The position numbers were made by a program, and so were the translations under genes. Positions 14,290-25,105 of a stretch of DNA of 64,000 bases are shown in pieces. How positions within the stretch are numbered: position 1 is the stretch's first letter; every line of letters starts with the position of its first letter. Under the pieces are notes generated by a model that had not been told where the DNA came from, made no database searches, and saw only the letters and a program-made list of their open reading frames with translations. Source of the DNA: Oopsacas minuta (taxonomy: Eukaryota > Animalia > Porifera); NCBI GenBank assembly GCA_024704765.1, contig JAKMXF010000295.1, forward strand, positions 310,001 to 374,000, written 5' to 3'.

Positions 14290-14488
14290 AATTGTACACG
14301 AAAGGGGGTAGTTGTACACGAAAATGGCTACTAGAAGACGAAAATGGTTAATTGTCAATGAAAAGGTTAATTATACACAAAAGAAGTAAATTGTACACGA
14401 AAGAGGTTAATTATCTACGAAAGAGGTTACATGTGAACGAAAGGTGTTAGTTGTACAGGGAAGGGGTTAATTGTACGCGAAAGAGGTT
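14290..14488 (+). repeat. Minisatellite: 10 tandem copies of a ~20-bp unit (consensus AATTGTACACGAAAGAGGTT)
   Basis: Read directly from the sequence. Units are contiguous and degenerate, with no unique spacers. Confidence 0.85.
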
Positions 14489-15104
14489 ACTCGTCTATAA
14501 ACTTGTGTAATTGTATACTTAACAGTTGAATCTCACTTGAAAGGTACTAATACTAAATAGTTATAGATGTGTCATGTATGTTGCTCAAAACGAGCTATTA
14601 TATATGTGATAGTGTTAACTTTTGTTCTTTCCTTGTTTTCATGTGTATCTAATTTTGTCTTATCATGCTTTTGATAATGTTCTACTCGTTTAAGGTCATG
14701 TATTCGAGTACCTGTTTTCTCGTTTATGTATTCGTAGTAATATAACAGTGCCTAGTACTTTCTTTCGAAGGTTTGTTTCCTTGGTTATTATTCATTTTAA
14801 CCGAATATTTCTCCGTGTTCATACATGCACATTCCTTGTCTTACCATTGTTACTATATTGGGCACATATATAGTGCTACTTGTTGCGTTTGTTCTTTTCT
14901 TTTCTTATCCATTTCTTAAATTCATGCTTATCAAAATTCTCAATATTGTTACTTCTTCTTCCGTATTAAATTTTTTGCAATACCGTCAGCTTTTTGGATG
15001 AGTTGTACAATTGTGCTTCTAATGCAACAGTCTCATTTTCAATTTGCAAGTCTATGTCCTGATGCATCTTGTCGGCTCTATTCGTAGCATGAAAGAGAAA
15101 ATGA

Positions 15105-16283
15105 GCAATTCCTTCATCTTTTCCGATGCGTTATTCAATAGTTCATCCTAACGCAATATCCTCATTTCCAATTTCTATGTCAGTCCTCATGCATCTTTTA
15201 CGCGTCAAACCAGCATTCAAAGGCCATAAACGATTTCTTCCTGTTTATCGACGGGTTCTTGATAATTTTCATGTTGTCTGTTTTCATTTTCTTGAGGGTT
15301 TGTTTCTTCGGCATCGCCAGTATCACTGCTGTATACCTCTACTTTTACCTCAATCCGGGTTTCCTTTGATTGAAGTTCAAACTCTCTTCCGATTTCTGAT
15401 CTCGCTGATACTCCATGTTCTTCCAGTACATGCGCTGGGGAACCTAAGAAATTCACATCACATTCTTTCCTTTGCGCACTCGTTTGTGATAATATGATAG
15501 TACTAATGTTTACCGAGTTAGAAATCGATTTGATTAACAGATATGTTCAACTGACGCTTCTTCTAACACCATTGAGTTGCATTCTTTACCTTTCTTCAAA
15601 AAGCAACATATTTGGGATGTCCTTACTGTCCAGTAATCATACCGTTTTTCTTATATTTCCTTTTGCTCAATTTAGCTCTATCTACCAACTGTGTTGGTTT
15701 GTATTGATCTTTCTTTCCAAGTGTCGTGGTAATCGCGCGATGTATTTATCACATAGGTTTGATTTTACTTTTTTGTGACGACATTCTTTCTTCGAAGAAT
15801 CAAATATTGTAGGTTTATATTTTTGTACATTTTGATCATATGAATATTTACCAACAAAATGTGGTATCTGATCACGGTAGAATGATACATATCAAATTCT
15901 AATAGAATTTACCATCATTCAATTTCAAGTGATAGTCAATACAACCTTCCCAGCATGTATTGAAAGCACATGGAGTATCAGTGAGATCAGAAATCGGAAG
16001 AGAGTTTGCACTTCAATCATAGAAACCCGAATTGAGGTAGATGTAGAGGTATACAACAGTGATACTGACGATGTCGAAGAAACAAACCCTCAAGAAAATG
16101 ATAACAGACAACATGAAAATTATCAAGAACTCGTCAATAAACAGGAGGAAATCGTTTATATACCTATGAATGGTGGTTTGAAGCAGAAAAGATGCATGAG
16201 GACATTGACATAGAAATTGAAACTGAGGATGTTGCGTTAGAATCAACTATTGAACAACGAATTGGAAAAGATGAAGGAATTGC
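15105..16283. repeat. Inverted duplication of a ~340-bp acidic coding-like segment (15105-15442 and 15948-16283)
   Basis: ORF 15217-15456(-) ETRIEVKVEVYSSDTGDAEETNPQENENRQHENYQE matches ORF 15929-16213(+) ETRIEVDVEVYNSDTDDVEETNPQENDNRQHENYQE. The DNA also matches as a reverse complement. Confidence 0.85.
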
Positions 16284-16742
16284 AGAGAAAATTATTGCGC
16301 AAGAAGGGGGCTTAGATCCCGGGGGGTGGGGTGATATATCCCCCCACTTATAAGCTTGGGGGGATGCTTTATGTGATCATCCCCCTACATTTTACTTTTG
16401 AGATACGTCTATACTATTTTTGCTCTCAAATCTTTTGAGTTTTAGGAGATTATCCTCTTGTTATAATCAAATTACACTGTTCTCGAGTATGTTTTCAAAG
16501 ATGTGAATCTGAGATGTCATTCCCTATTCCTAATCCTTGAAATATATGCTATAATCCGGATAAATGTATACTTGTAAATAATCACTATCGTGCGTATTAA
16601 TAATTCGCACTCGTAGAGTCTCTTCGAATAATTGTCACTAGTTTTTCTTAATTTAGTATTGGTTATTTTCTTTTAGAATACATACAATTTGTGTGTTAGC
16701 GTATTTAACTCTGCATGTTAATTCGAAAATGATGACAAAGTA

Positions 16743-18082
16743 CAGTAGTGGCCAAATTAATTGCTCCAAGAGGTGCACTTAATTTGGCCACATATTTTAA
16801 ACGCCGTATTGCCTTGTTTGTTCTATCAATATTTACTATGAGCACCTTTGTTCTTGATAACATCTAAAATGCATTTAGGCATAGACTTTAATAATTTTTC
16901 ACAAAATTTCTGAATTTCTGGGTCACTTTTCCACACCTCGACAACAGATTATAACCTTCTCCTTGCTGGTACAATCAAGATTTTGCAAACGACGTTATAA
17001 TGGCCCAGAGGTTTCCAATCGGTGCAATATTGGGGAAGTTGCCAGGCCACTCCATAATTTTGTTGTTGCTTACTTCGTAATGCCTCTGTACTACCTTGCA
17101 CATGTGGCATGGGGCTAGATCCTGTTGGAGAACATAATATCCAGTTGGAAAGTGTTCTTGGAGCTAGGGTTTGATTCTGCTGTCGATAACATCCATGTAC
17201 TTGGCGGAGTTCATCATACCTTCGCATATGTGTAATTGTCCCGTACCCTGGGCAGTGAAGCAACACCAAAACATGACTTTTTCTGGGTGTTTAACTTACT
17301 CGCTGATATGAGCTGGACGAATGGGGGATTTAGTAGCCTTTCTTACGACCTTAACCTGCTGAGCCTGCAAATAAATATCTGATTCATCTTTGAAGAGGAC
17401 CTGCAAACAACCTGTAGTAAGCTTCTACTATGAAAATATTAAGGTTATAAACATGAAATAACTTACTTTTCACCAATCATCGAGCGGCCAAGTTCGCTAG
17501 TTCTTTGCCCAATTGAGGCGGTGTTGGCACATGACCTTGGTTGGCAGCTGTTTATTCTTTGGAATGCAGGCCTTGCGTCCTCCATCGTAAAGTATGCGGC
17601 GGACAGTCCGAGCGCTTACATCTAAGCCCAAATTATGCTTAATCTGATTCGGGAGGGCTTTGCAGTTTTTCCTAGTAGCAGTAAGAACCATTCGCCTTTC
17701 TCGCTCAGTGCTTTATGCCTCTGTCCACAGTGTCCAGGACTTTGAGTTTTACGATTACCAGTTTCTTTGACATTTTTTACATATTCTGACAACCGTTGAG
17801 AGACTGACACGACATTCCAGAGCGATATCTCTAATCGTTTTATTCGTGTACTGATGCAAAGTTAATATTTTCTGCATCACCAAGAGTGGAGTGACCAGAG
17901 CTAATCTTAGTCTAATTGTAAAAAATTATATTAATGACTGAGACAATGTTATAGATTTCCCTTTACATGTTTTTGTCATTATGTAATCAATAACTGGAGT
18001 CATTGTGCAACTGCATAGATACCTAGTTATAATGGTAAATATATTTAAACCTATCTTGGTGGAATTAATGTGGCCACTACTG
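16743..18082 (-). mobile_element. Tc1-like (DD34E-type) transposon, 1340 bp, transposase pseudogenised
   Basis: TIRs CAGTAGTGGCCA(A/C)ATTAATT with TA on the left side only. Minus-strand fragments: HTH region (LGLDVSARTVRRIL..RLNWAK), VLFKDES, and WPGNFPNIAPIGNLW (degenerate WPxxSPDLNPIENLW). Confidence 0.85.
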
Positions 18083-19188
18083 AATATGAATGGTTCTGAA
18101 TACTGTCAACTTGCATCATATAACTAGTTCTCAATAAAGTAACTTAAGTTACATACTAACAACCATTTCTTTTAACAATTCTTTCTTAGATCAGGTACTA
18201 TGTCTAATAATCCAAAACGAGTCCAAATTACGGCTTTTTTCTGTTCTGGTCAACCATGTAACCAAACTTCAGAGCTAGATATCGCAGAAGAATTCACAGA
18301 TCCATCTGATATTGATTTATATGCGAATACTATTTCTACTGAAATAAAATCTCCAGGGACCACTTCAAATGAAGAGATAGATTTTACTCAGCCTAATCAA
18401 CGCCAAGAAATCTCTAGCATACCACCGAAAAGAACAAAGACTCAGAACGTTTATTTTCAGAAGGCTGGTTTGAAAAGTATCCATGGATTCACTACATACC
18501 GAGTTTAAAGCGAGTCATAAGTTTCACATTTTCAAAAGCTGCTAGACTTAAATTATTAGAAAATGTATCAGCTATTGAATTATCTTTTGTTTCTGAAGGC
18601 TTTAAAAATTGGAAAAGGCAACACAACAATTTGGTGAACAACAAAACTCTCAATTACACAAGCTTTCTAAATACAAGATGAGTATTATAGATATACCTTC
18701 AGTGGCTGTACTTTTGGATTCTCAAATTATTCAGCAGCAACAAATCTCTAAAAATCTTTACTTAAAATTTTCACTTCTGTAAAATATTTACTCGGTCAGG
18801 GAATTGCTTTTCGTGGACATTCTGAAGAAAGTGGTAATTTTTGGCAATTATTGAAACTTAGAGGAGAAGACGATGCCAACTTATTTCAATATTTATCTAA
18901 AAGTACCAATTTCAGTTCTCCTCAAGGACAAGAGGAGATCATGAACCTCTTTAGCCATTGTATTGTGAATCAAATTGCTGATAAAATACGTACTAATGGA
19001 GTATTAAGTATCATAGTAGACGGTACACAAGAGATCACAGGCGAAGAACAAGAATCTATATGTATTCGCCATGTAGACTCGGAATTAGAAGTTCATGAGC
19101 ATTTTATAGCATTATACGAAATCAGTGTAACAACTGGAGGGAATATTACAAAAATGTTATACCACATTATTATTCGATTGAATACGAT

Positions 19189-21225
19189 CTAGGGTGCGAC
19201 CCGTGCGGGCTTTATTGTAAATCACGGGCTGAAAAGAGTCAAAAAGAACAATTTTACAGATGATGAATATGCTTTAATTATAGAATTAGGTCATGAAATT
19301 TATTACTATTTTAGTATATGTAAGTATCACAAGTATTATAAATGTTATTTTCGTTTAGTCTAATAATCCTCATAGAGAGGTAGAATCATGTCAGTGTTAT
19401 CTGTAGTCTCAGCTTCAATGTATTGTCTGCTGATTCTTATCAGTAAGCAATCAGTTACTATATCATTTCCCAAGGATGCACGAAGAGGAGAGTGAATTTG
19501 CTTGTGTCGAGAAAACAGTCGTTCAACCGAAGCCTCACTAACTGCGATTTAGTTGAGTATTTGTTCTTCAAACACTTTCAGTTTGGGGTAATGTTGGATT
19601 GTATTACCTTCCAACCCAGCACCAAACTCCCTGGCAGCATATAGCATATCAAAATCTGAACGAACTTTCATTAACTGAAGCCATTTTCCAGTCATTTCGA
19701 AGTCAATATCTCCAGTCTTTCCATTTAACCAGTTTATAAGATGAATAACAATATTTTCAAGCATCCACCTCCTCTTCTCAATCACTGTACATACTTCATC
19801 GAATCCTGTCTCTTGTAGTGTCTCCAAAAGTTCCTCAAACTTGCACATCATTGTAGGCCATGTAGTCGTATCTTCTTGAGCAATATTAAGAACATCAAGA
19901 ATCGGTCGAGTTCTCTGCAGACAAGCACTCAATTTTCCCTTTTCTCTCTCATCATCAAGTTTCACAATGAGTTGCTCCATCCGAACAATTCTTGAATTCC
20001 ATCTAGCATCAACATAACGAAGGACAGTACCGTTGGCTACATGTTTATTCAATATGTCAAGTGCTTTCTGACACACTGGAACTGCTGTGAAGATATCACG
20101 TAAGCAAAGGTTCATAACATGTGCTGCACACCGCAATACCAACAAACCACCACATTCATTCGACAATTTCTGCAGGTCAAGTTGAATTGACCGAGTATTG
20201 TCAGCGAGTAATGCAATAACCTTGGAATTCCACCCTTCGACAATGTTTAGTGCTACTCGACCAGCTTCCAGAAATGCATCAGAAGAGTTGTCTTTCACTA
20301 TTTGGCTAGTGATATAGATTGGTTTTGAACTTGAGTTAGCAAATCCCAAAAAAGATACAAACTTGTCACCTACCAATAACATTATAATTTATAAATATAC
20401 ATATACGTATTATACAATATATTTAGAGTAAACATATTAAACATACCTGTCAGGGAGTTTTTCCACCCATCACAGACAATTGTCATAAATGTACCCTGAA
20501 ATTCGGCTGTTATCTCCTGCCTAACTTCATCAGCAATTAATCTTATTTCTCCTCTCAAATCCATTCGGTTTGAACAACTTTCAATCCGCAGCAGGCTCCT
20601 TGTAAATTCGCTTTCAAAATAACTCAAAGGTAAAACATGATCTCCGCAAGATATTAACATCGCCAAGCGTCTTCTTTCTGGCATTGCTGATAGACCTGTC
20701 TTCTTCTTGAAACATCTAAGAATACTAGACTGAGTACCATCTCTGCATTCTAACCTCCTCTTCATCTTATTATGCTCCTCCGGATGTTTGTTAGTGATGT
20801 GGCGTGACATATGCGAGGTACCAGTCTTTTGACTGTTGTATGTGAGTGCACTGGAACATAATGAGCATTTAGCGGCATTTGTTAATTTTTCAATAACAAA
20901 TAAATCTAGAAGTCTAGATGCACTAAACCTATTATCTTCCACCATTAATAGAAAGAAAAAGGAAATAACTAACGAAACAATCAAAGTGTTGCATATATAT
21001 AAAGTTTCATATATATACTATTTGTGCACACGATTTCCCGCATCTTATAACGCGGAGTTTATATGAATTCTCAATTCTTTGAGAATACATTCACGAATTC
21101 AGCCAACAGTGCCATAAAATAAACAAATTTCCTAAATCACGGGCTGGTGGAATAAATAAGCGGACCGCGGGACGCGGGCATTGATAGCGGGCCACGGACC
21201 ACGGGCTTTACGGGTCGCACACTAG
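19189..21225 (-). mobile_element. Compact BED-finger hAT transposon, copy 1 (2037 bp)
   Basis: Ends CTAGGGTGCGAC / GTCGCACACTAG. 8-bp TSD aatacgat/aatatgat (one mismatch). Subterminal cccgtg/cacggg repeats. Reverse complement of 48850-50886. Confidence 0.95.
19360..20945 (-). pseudogene. hAT transposase of copy 1: exons 20945-20447 and 20369-19360, in-frame TAA at 19551-19549
   Basis: BED finger (CSLC..HITNKH), CDGW, ADNT, CAAH and RW motifs, with SEASVERLFS after the stop. The 77-nt GT-AG intron joins the two ORF-track entries in frame. Confidence 0.85.
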
Positions 21226-23709
21226 AATATGATCATTAATCAATTACGCGCTCAGACTTACGATGGAGCTGCTAACATTAGCGGAAGTTATAATGGATGT
21301 CAAGCTAGAGTCAAGGAAATTCAATAGCTTGCACTTTTTTTCCATTGTGGTTCGCATAAAGCTAACTTAGTCATGCAACAATCACTAATCTCTTGTCAAT
21401 TGGCACGTAATTCTATTCAATGGGTGCATGAATTGGGGATTCTTTGCGCAAACTCTAGAAAGTATAAGATAGTCATTTTTATTATATTGTTAAATTATTT
21501 AAATAATTATAATCATCTATTGATCTTCATAATTTAGGCTATATTTAATGAAGTAGCAAAGGAACATAATTCCGAAAGTATTGTATCAACTCCGAATATC
21601 CGACCATTATGTCCAACTCGTTGTCTGACTAGATATTCAGCGATCAAATCTGTAGTTGATAACTATTTAGCAGTAATCGAGAGCTTAAAAGAAATGTCAC
21701 TCAGTAAAAAGTACAACTACAGCCACCAAAGCTACTGGACTACTTGATAGATTTCAGAAGGCAGAGACTCTTTTGGGCCTATTAATGACCTTAAAACCAA
21801 TTCCCTTCTTGGAACAGCTAAAGAAATCATTACAGGGAAAATCTATGAATGTATCAGGTAAAGATCTCTTTTGTATTTTATTAAGTTATTGCAAACAATT
21901 AAAATCAATTGTATATTCAAAATCAATTCTAGGTATGCTTTCAGCAGTTGGCATGGTGCATGTACAATTGGAGTTATGTTTAACACTAGAGTCATTTGGC
22001 ATTATTTTAGCCAAGTACAAGATCAAACAGAAGAATACTGTCTCGATGAACTTAAAATTCCCAGAAGAAGATATCCACCTAAATGATATTCTTCAGGAAA
22101 TATACAATGTAATACCACTTTATCTACTGAAGAGTATTATAAAGAAATCTATACTCAGCTTATAATTACGATGCAACGTATTCTATCTGAAAGGTATGAC
22201 GCAAGTAAAACTAGTTTAAATCAAGATGAAAATTAGAAACCATGTTACTCAGTAGAGAAGTAAATATAGAATTAATTGGGCAATATCCAGAATTAGAAAA
22301 GCATACATTATCAACTCAACTTGCATTAATCAGAGAAAATGTCAATCCAGAAAGTATGAAGAAGCTAAAATTGGTTATAGAAAAATGCATTTGGAAGTAT
22401 GAAATCTCTTCCCACAAGTACAAATTCTAATAAAATTATTACTCGTATGTCCGGTATCTCCTTGCGAATGTGAAAGGAGTTTTTCTGGATTAAGAAGGCT
22501 AAAGACTTGGCTCAGGGATTCAATGACTCGAAAACGTGTGAATTCAGTATGTGTACGTAAAGTTCACAAGAAATTCTTGGTGGAATTAATATCGCTACAC
22601 TAGCAAAAGAGTTTTCGACAAGAAGTGAAATACGCCAAAAATATTTGGCAATTTCGAATAATTTATACTTTAATCTAGATCTGTTAAATCAATAGGTTAT
22701 TTTACACTACCAAGCATAAACTATATTATATATACTATGATCTATGTTCTTAGCTGTTTTGATTACTGTCTATCTATCTTTTTGTCGAGTTAGGAAGTTT
22801 AATGACTACGATTATGGCATATTCATATTTGTCATTTGTAGAAAAGTGCTAGTTTTAAATTCTCCATCCCACCCTGCGAAATTACGGATCTACGCCCCTG
22901 TGTTATATGACAGAATAACTACCTTGTATAACCATAACCATGGATATTTCTGCTATGACAGAACAACTAACGATGACATTTCTACTACATCCTTGATATG
23001 ACTTGCCACTATTTTAGTTATTATTACACAATATGTTTATTTGTTTTGACTATTAAGATGGTTTGGCACAGCTATCTCAAAATTGATTTTGGTTTGAGGG
23101 ATATCATATAAAAATTCGAACTGCCATTGGATAAGAGTGAGTTAGAATATTCCAACTTTCTGAAAAGCAGACAGTTTCCCAAGGAGCTGCAACTAGGCTC
23201 GACGAAATCTGAACGACAAAATTTTATCATACGTGCATTTTGCTATCAAGTAGGAAAAGACAATCAACTCCTTAAGTTAAGCCCAATTATTTTATATTTC
23301 TTTCAGTTCAATCAAGCAATGTAGATGAATATACTTCAAACAGTGGAAACCGCCTAATAGCAATAATTTCCTAATAATTGTAGAGAATTTCTAAAGAATT
23401 GTAGAGGCGGTCATGACCACCATGGCTCCTACACTATGATATCAACCCTAATAAGTCCAACTAATTTAATCAATATTATTGCGTTATCTATCATTATTAT
23501 TCAACCTTAAAAACCTGTCTGTTTGTTTGTCAATTCTCAAAGGTCAGGGTATGCTATCTAGATTCGAAGAATAAGCATTTATCTTGTTTATCAAGAATCT
23601 ATGTTAGTAACTTGCCTGTCGAATGCTATTGTTGGCCCACAAATCAAATGGGATAACAAGCTTGCTCCGTTGTCCTACATCAAACGAGGTATCAAACATC
23701 TTACTACTA

Positions 23710-25036
23710 CGAGTATTCAATAAGTTCTGATCACTACCCCAAAAGTACCCAAAGGTATGTTGTACACAAACAATCAGAGTTAAATTTTTTCGAAATACTC
23801 CCCACCATTATTTATACAGTGCTGAAGACGCTCCAACCATTGTATAAAAATATTTTTATAGTCTTCCGGCGGTATCCGTTTGAGATACTGAAAAATCGCC
23901 GATCCCAGTTCTGCGCTGTTGCTAAAATGAGGACCAGAGAGGTATTCCTTAAGCTTAGGGAAGAGATAAAAATCACAAGGAGCTAGATCTGGGCAGTAGG
24001 GTGGATGTTCAAAGCTCAATCATCCCCATCCTTAAGATTTATTCTTTGACTTACTTGGTTTTGTGGGGACGGGCATTATCATGTAATAATCTCAACCCTT
24101 TAGGACCAGTCCTTTTTCTCCTCTTCAACAAGCTTTCTTCCACTGCACCCAGACAATTACTAGTGTAGAAGTTTCCAGTAACAGTTGATCCCTTTAGAAT
24201 TATCACCTGGGCCACTGGGCCATGTGCATCAAAAATATGCAATACATGATCCTCGATGATCTGAAATCTGGATGCGGTATCATCGGAGGGTCCGAGTGCT
24301 TTCCTATCCACACCTTATTTGCCTGTTTGGAAAAAGGTGTGTTATACTGAACCCAGGTCTCATCACCAGTCACTATCTCAAATAATCTTCGCGGGTTGCA
24401 TTCTTTGTAGGATTTAAGGAGATTACGACAACATCTCACCCTTGTCTCTTTCTGGGCCTTTGTGAGTAAATGTGGGACCCATCTCGCACAAACCTTCGTC
24501 AATTTGAGCTGTGATCTTAAAATGTGGTCTACATCTAGGTGCCAACACTATTAGAAAGTTCCCTGATAGTTATATGTGGGTCTAGGTCTATCAGTTTCTT
24601 GATAGCGCACGATTTAATGGGAGATGCCTCCTTAATTGGTGCTCCAGGCCGAGGGTCATCTTCGATGGACTTGCTTCCCGGCCTGAAACGCTGAGTCCAT
24701 CTTCTGACTCCTCCATAAGACAGAGCACATTTCGTAATATAGACTTGAACCAAGTCAAGATGTATCTCGTGCGCAGATTTCCCGAAGAGAGTACGAATCT
24801 TGACATAAGCTCTTTGCTCGACTTTAGAATTCTTGCCAAGTGATGTAATAAAGGTATAGTATACAAAACACCTGTTGTAAAATTTGATATAACTTGTTAA
24901 GTTTTTAAGCGATAATGAAAAAATGAATACTAGTTTGTAGACAGAGGATTAAGTATTCATATTCCAATATCAATATACTATTGTTGTGTTATAAATCTCC
25001 ACAGTAACATAGTGATCATAATTTATTGAACGCCTG
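23710..25036 (-). mobile_element. mariner (DD34D-type) transposon, 1327 bp, frameshifted transposase
   Basis: Imperfect TIRs (..TTCAATAA(G/A)TT(C/A)TGATCACT) flanked by TA on both sides. Motifs CARWVPHLLT, VTGDETWV, LLHDNARPH and HPPYCPDLAPCDFYLFPKLK. Confidence 0.9.
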
Positions 25037-25105
25037 TAGTATTATACCATGACCCGGAACACACTGGTGTGAATGCAATCACCAACATCATGTTTAAAGA
25101 ATATA

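Larger units (their letters stand above)
18200..22660 (+). pseudogene. hAT transposase pseudogene (ZMYM1/DUF4371-like), split by the 19189-21225 insertion
   Basis: Motifs WFEKYPWIHY, GIAFRGHSEESGNF, IIVDGT..EQESICIR, and after the insertion LRAQTYDGAANISG, HCGSH and ECERSFSGLRRLKTWLR. Removing the insertion and one TSD copy restores the frame RLNTI-INQLRAQTYDG. Confidence 0.9.
16305..22900 (+). mobile_element. hAT transposon (ZMYM1/DUF4371-type), degraded, hosting two nested insertions
   Basis: Right end GGATCTACGCCCCTG (22886-22900) and degenerate left end AGGGGGCTTAGATCC (16305). No matching 8-bp TSD was found, so the left boundary is uncertain. Confidence 0.65.

Noticed and set aside
14290-14488. 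CRISPR-like array
   Set aside because: The units are contiguous with no unique spacers, there are no cas genes, and the context is eukaryotic. It is a minisatellite.
20836-21066. 76-aa ORF repeated identically at 49009-49239
   Set aside because: It is antisense to the hAT transposase 5' end, and is identical only because the element is duplicated.
19189-21225. Segmental duplication or assembly duplication explaining the twin hATs
   Set aside because: Identity stops exactly at the TIRs, each copy has a different TSD and host, and the copies differ at a few bases.
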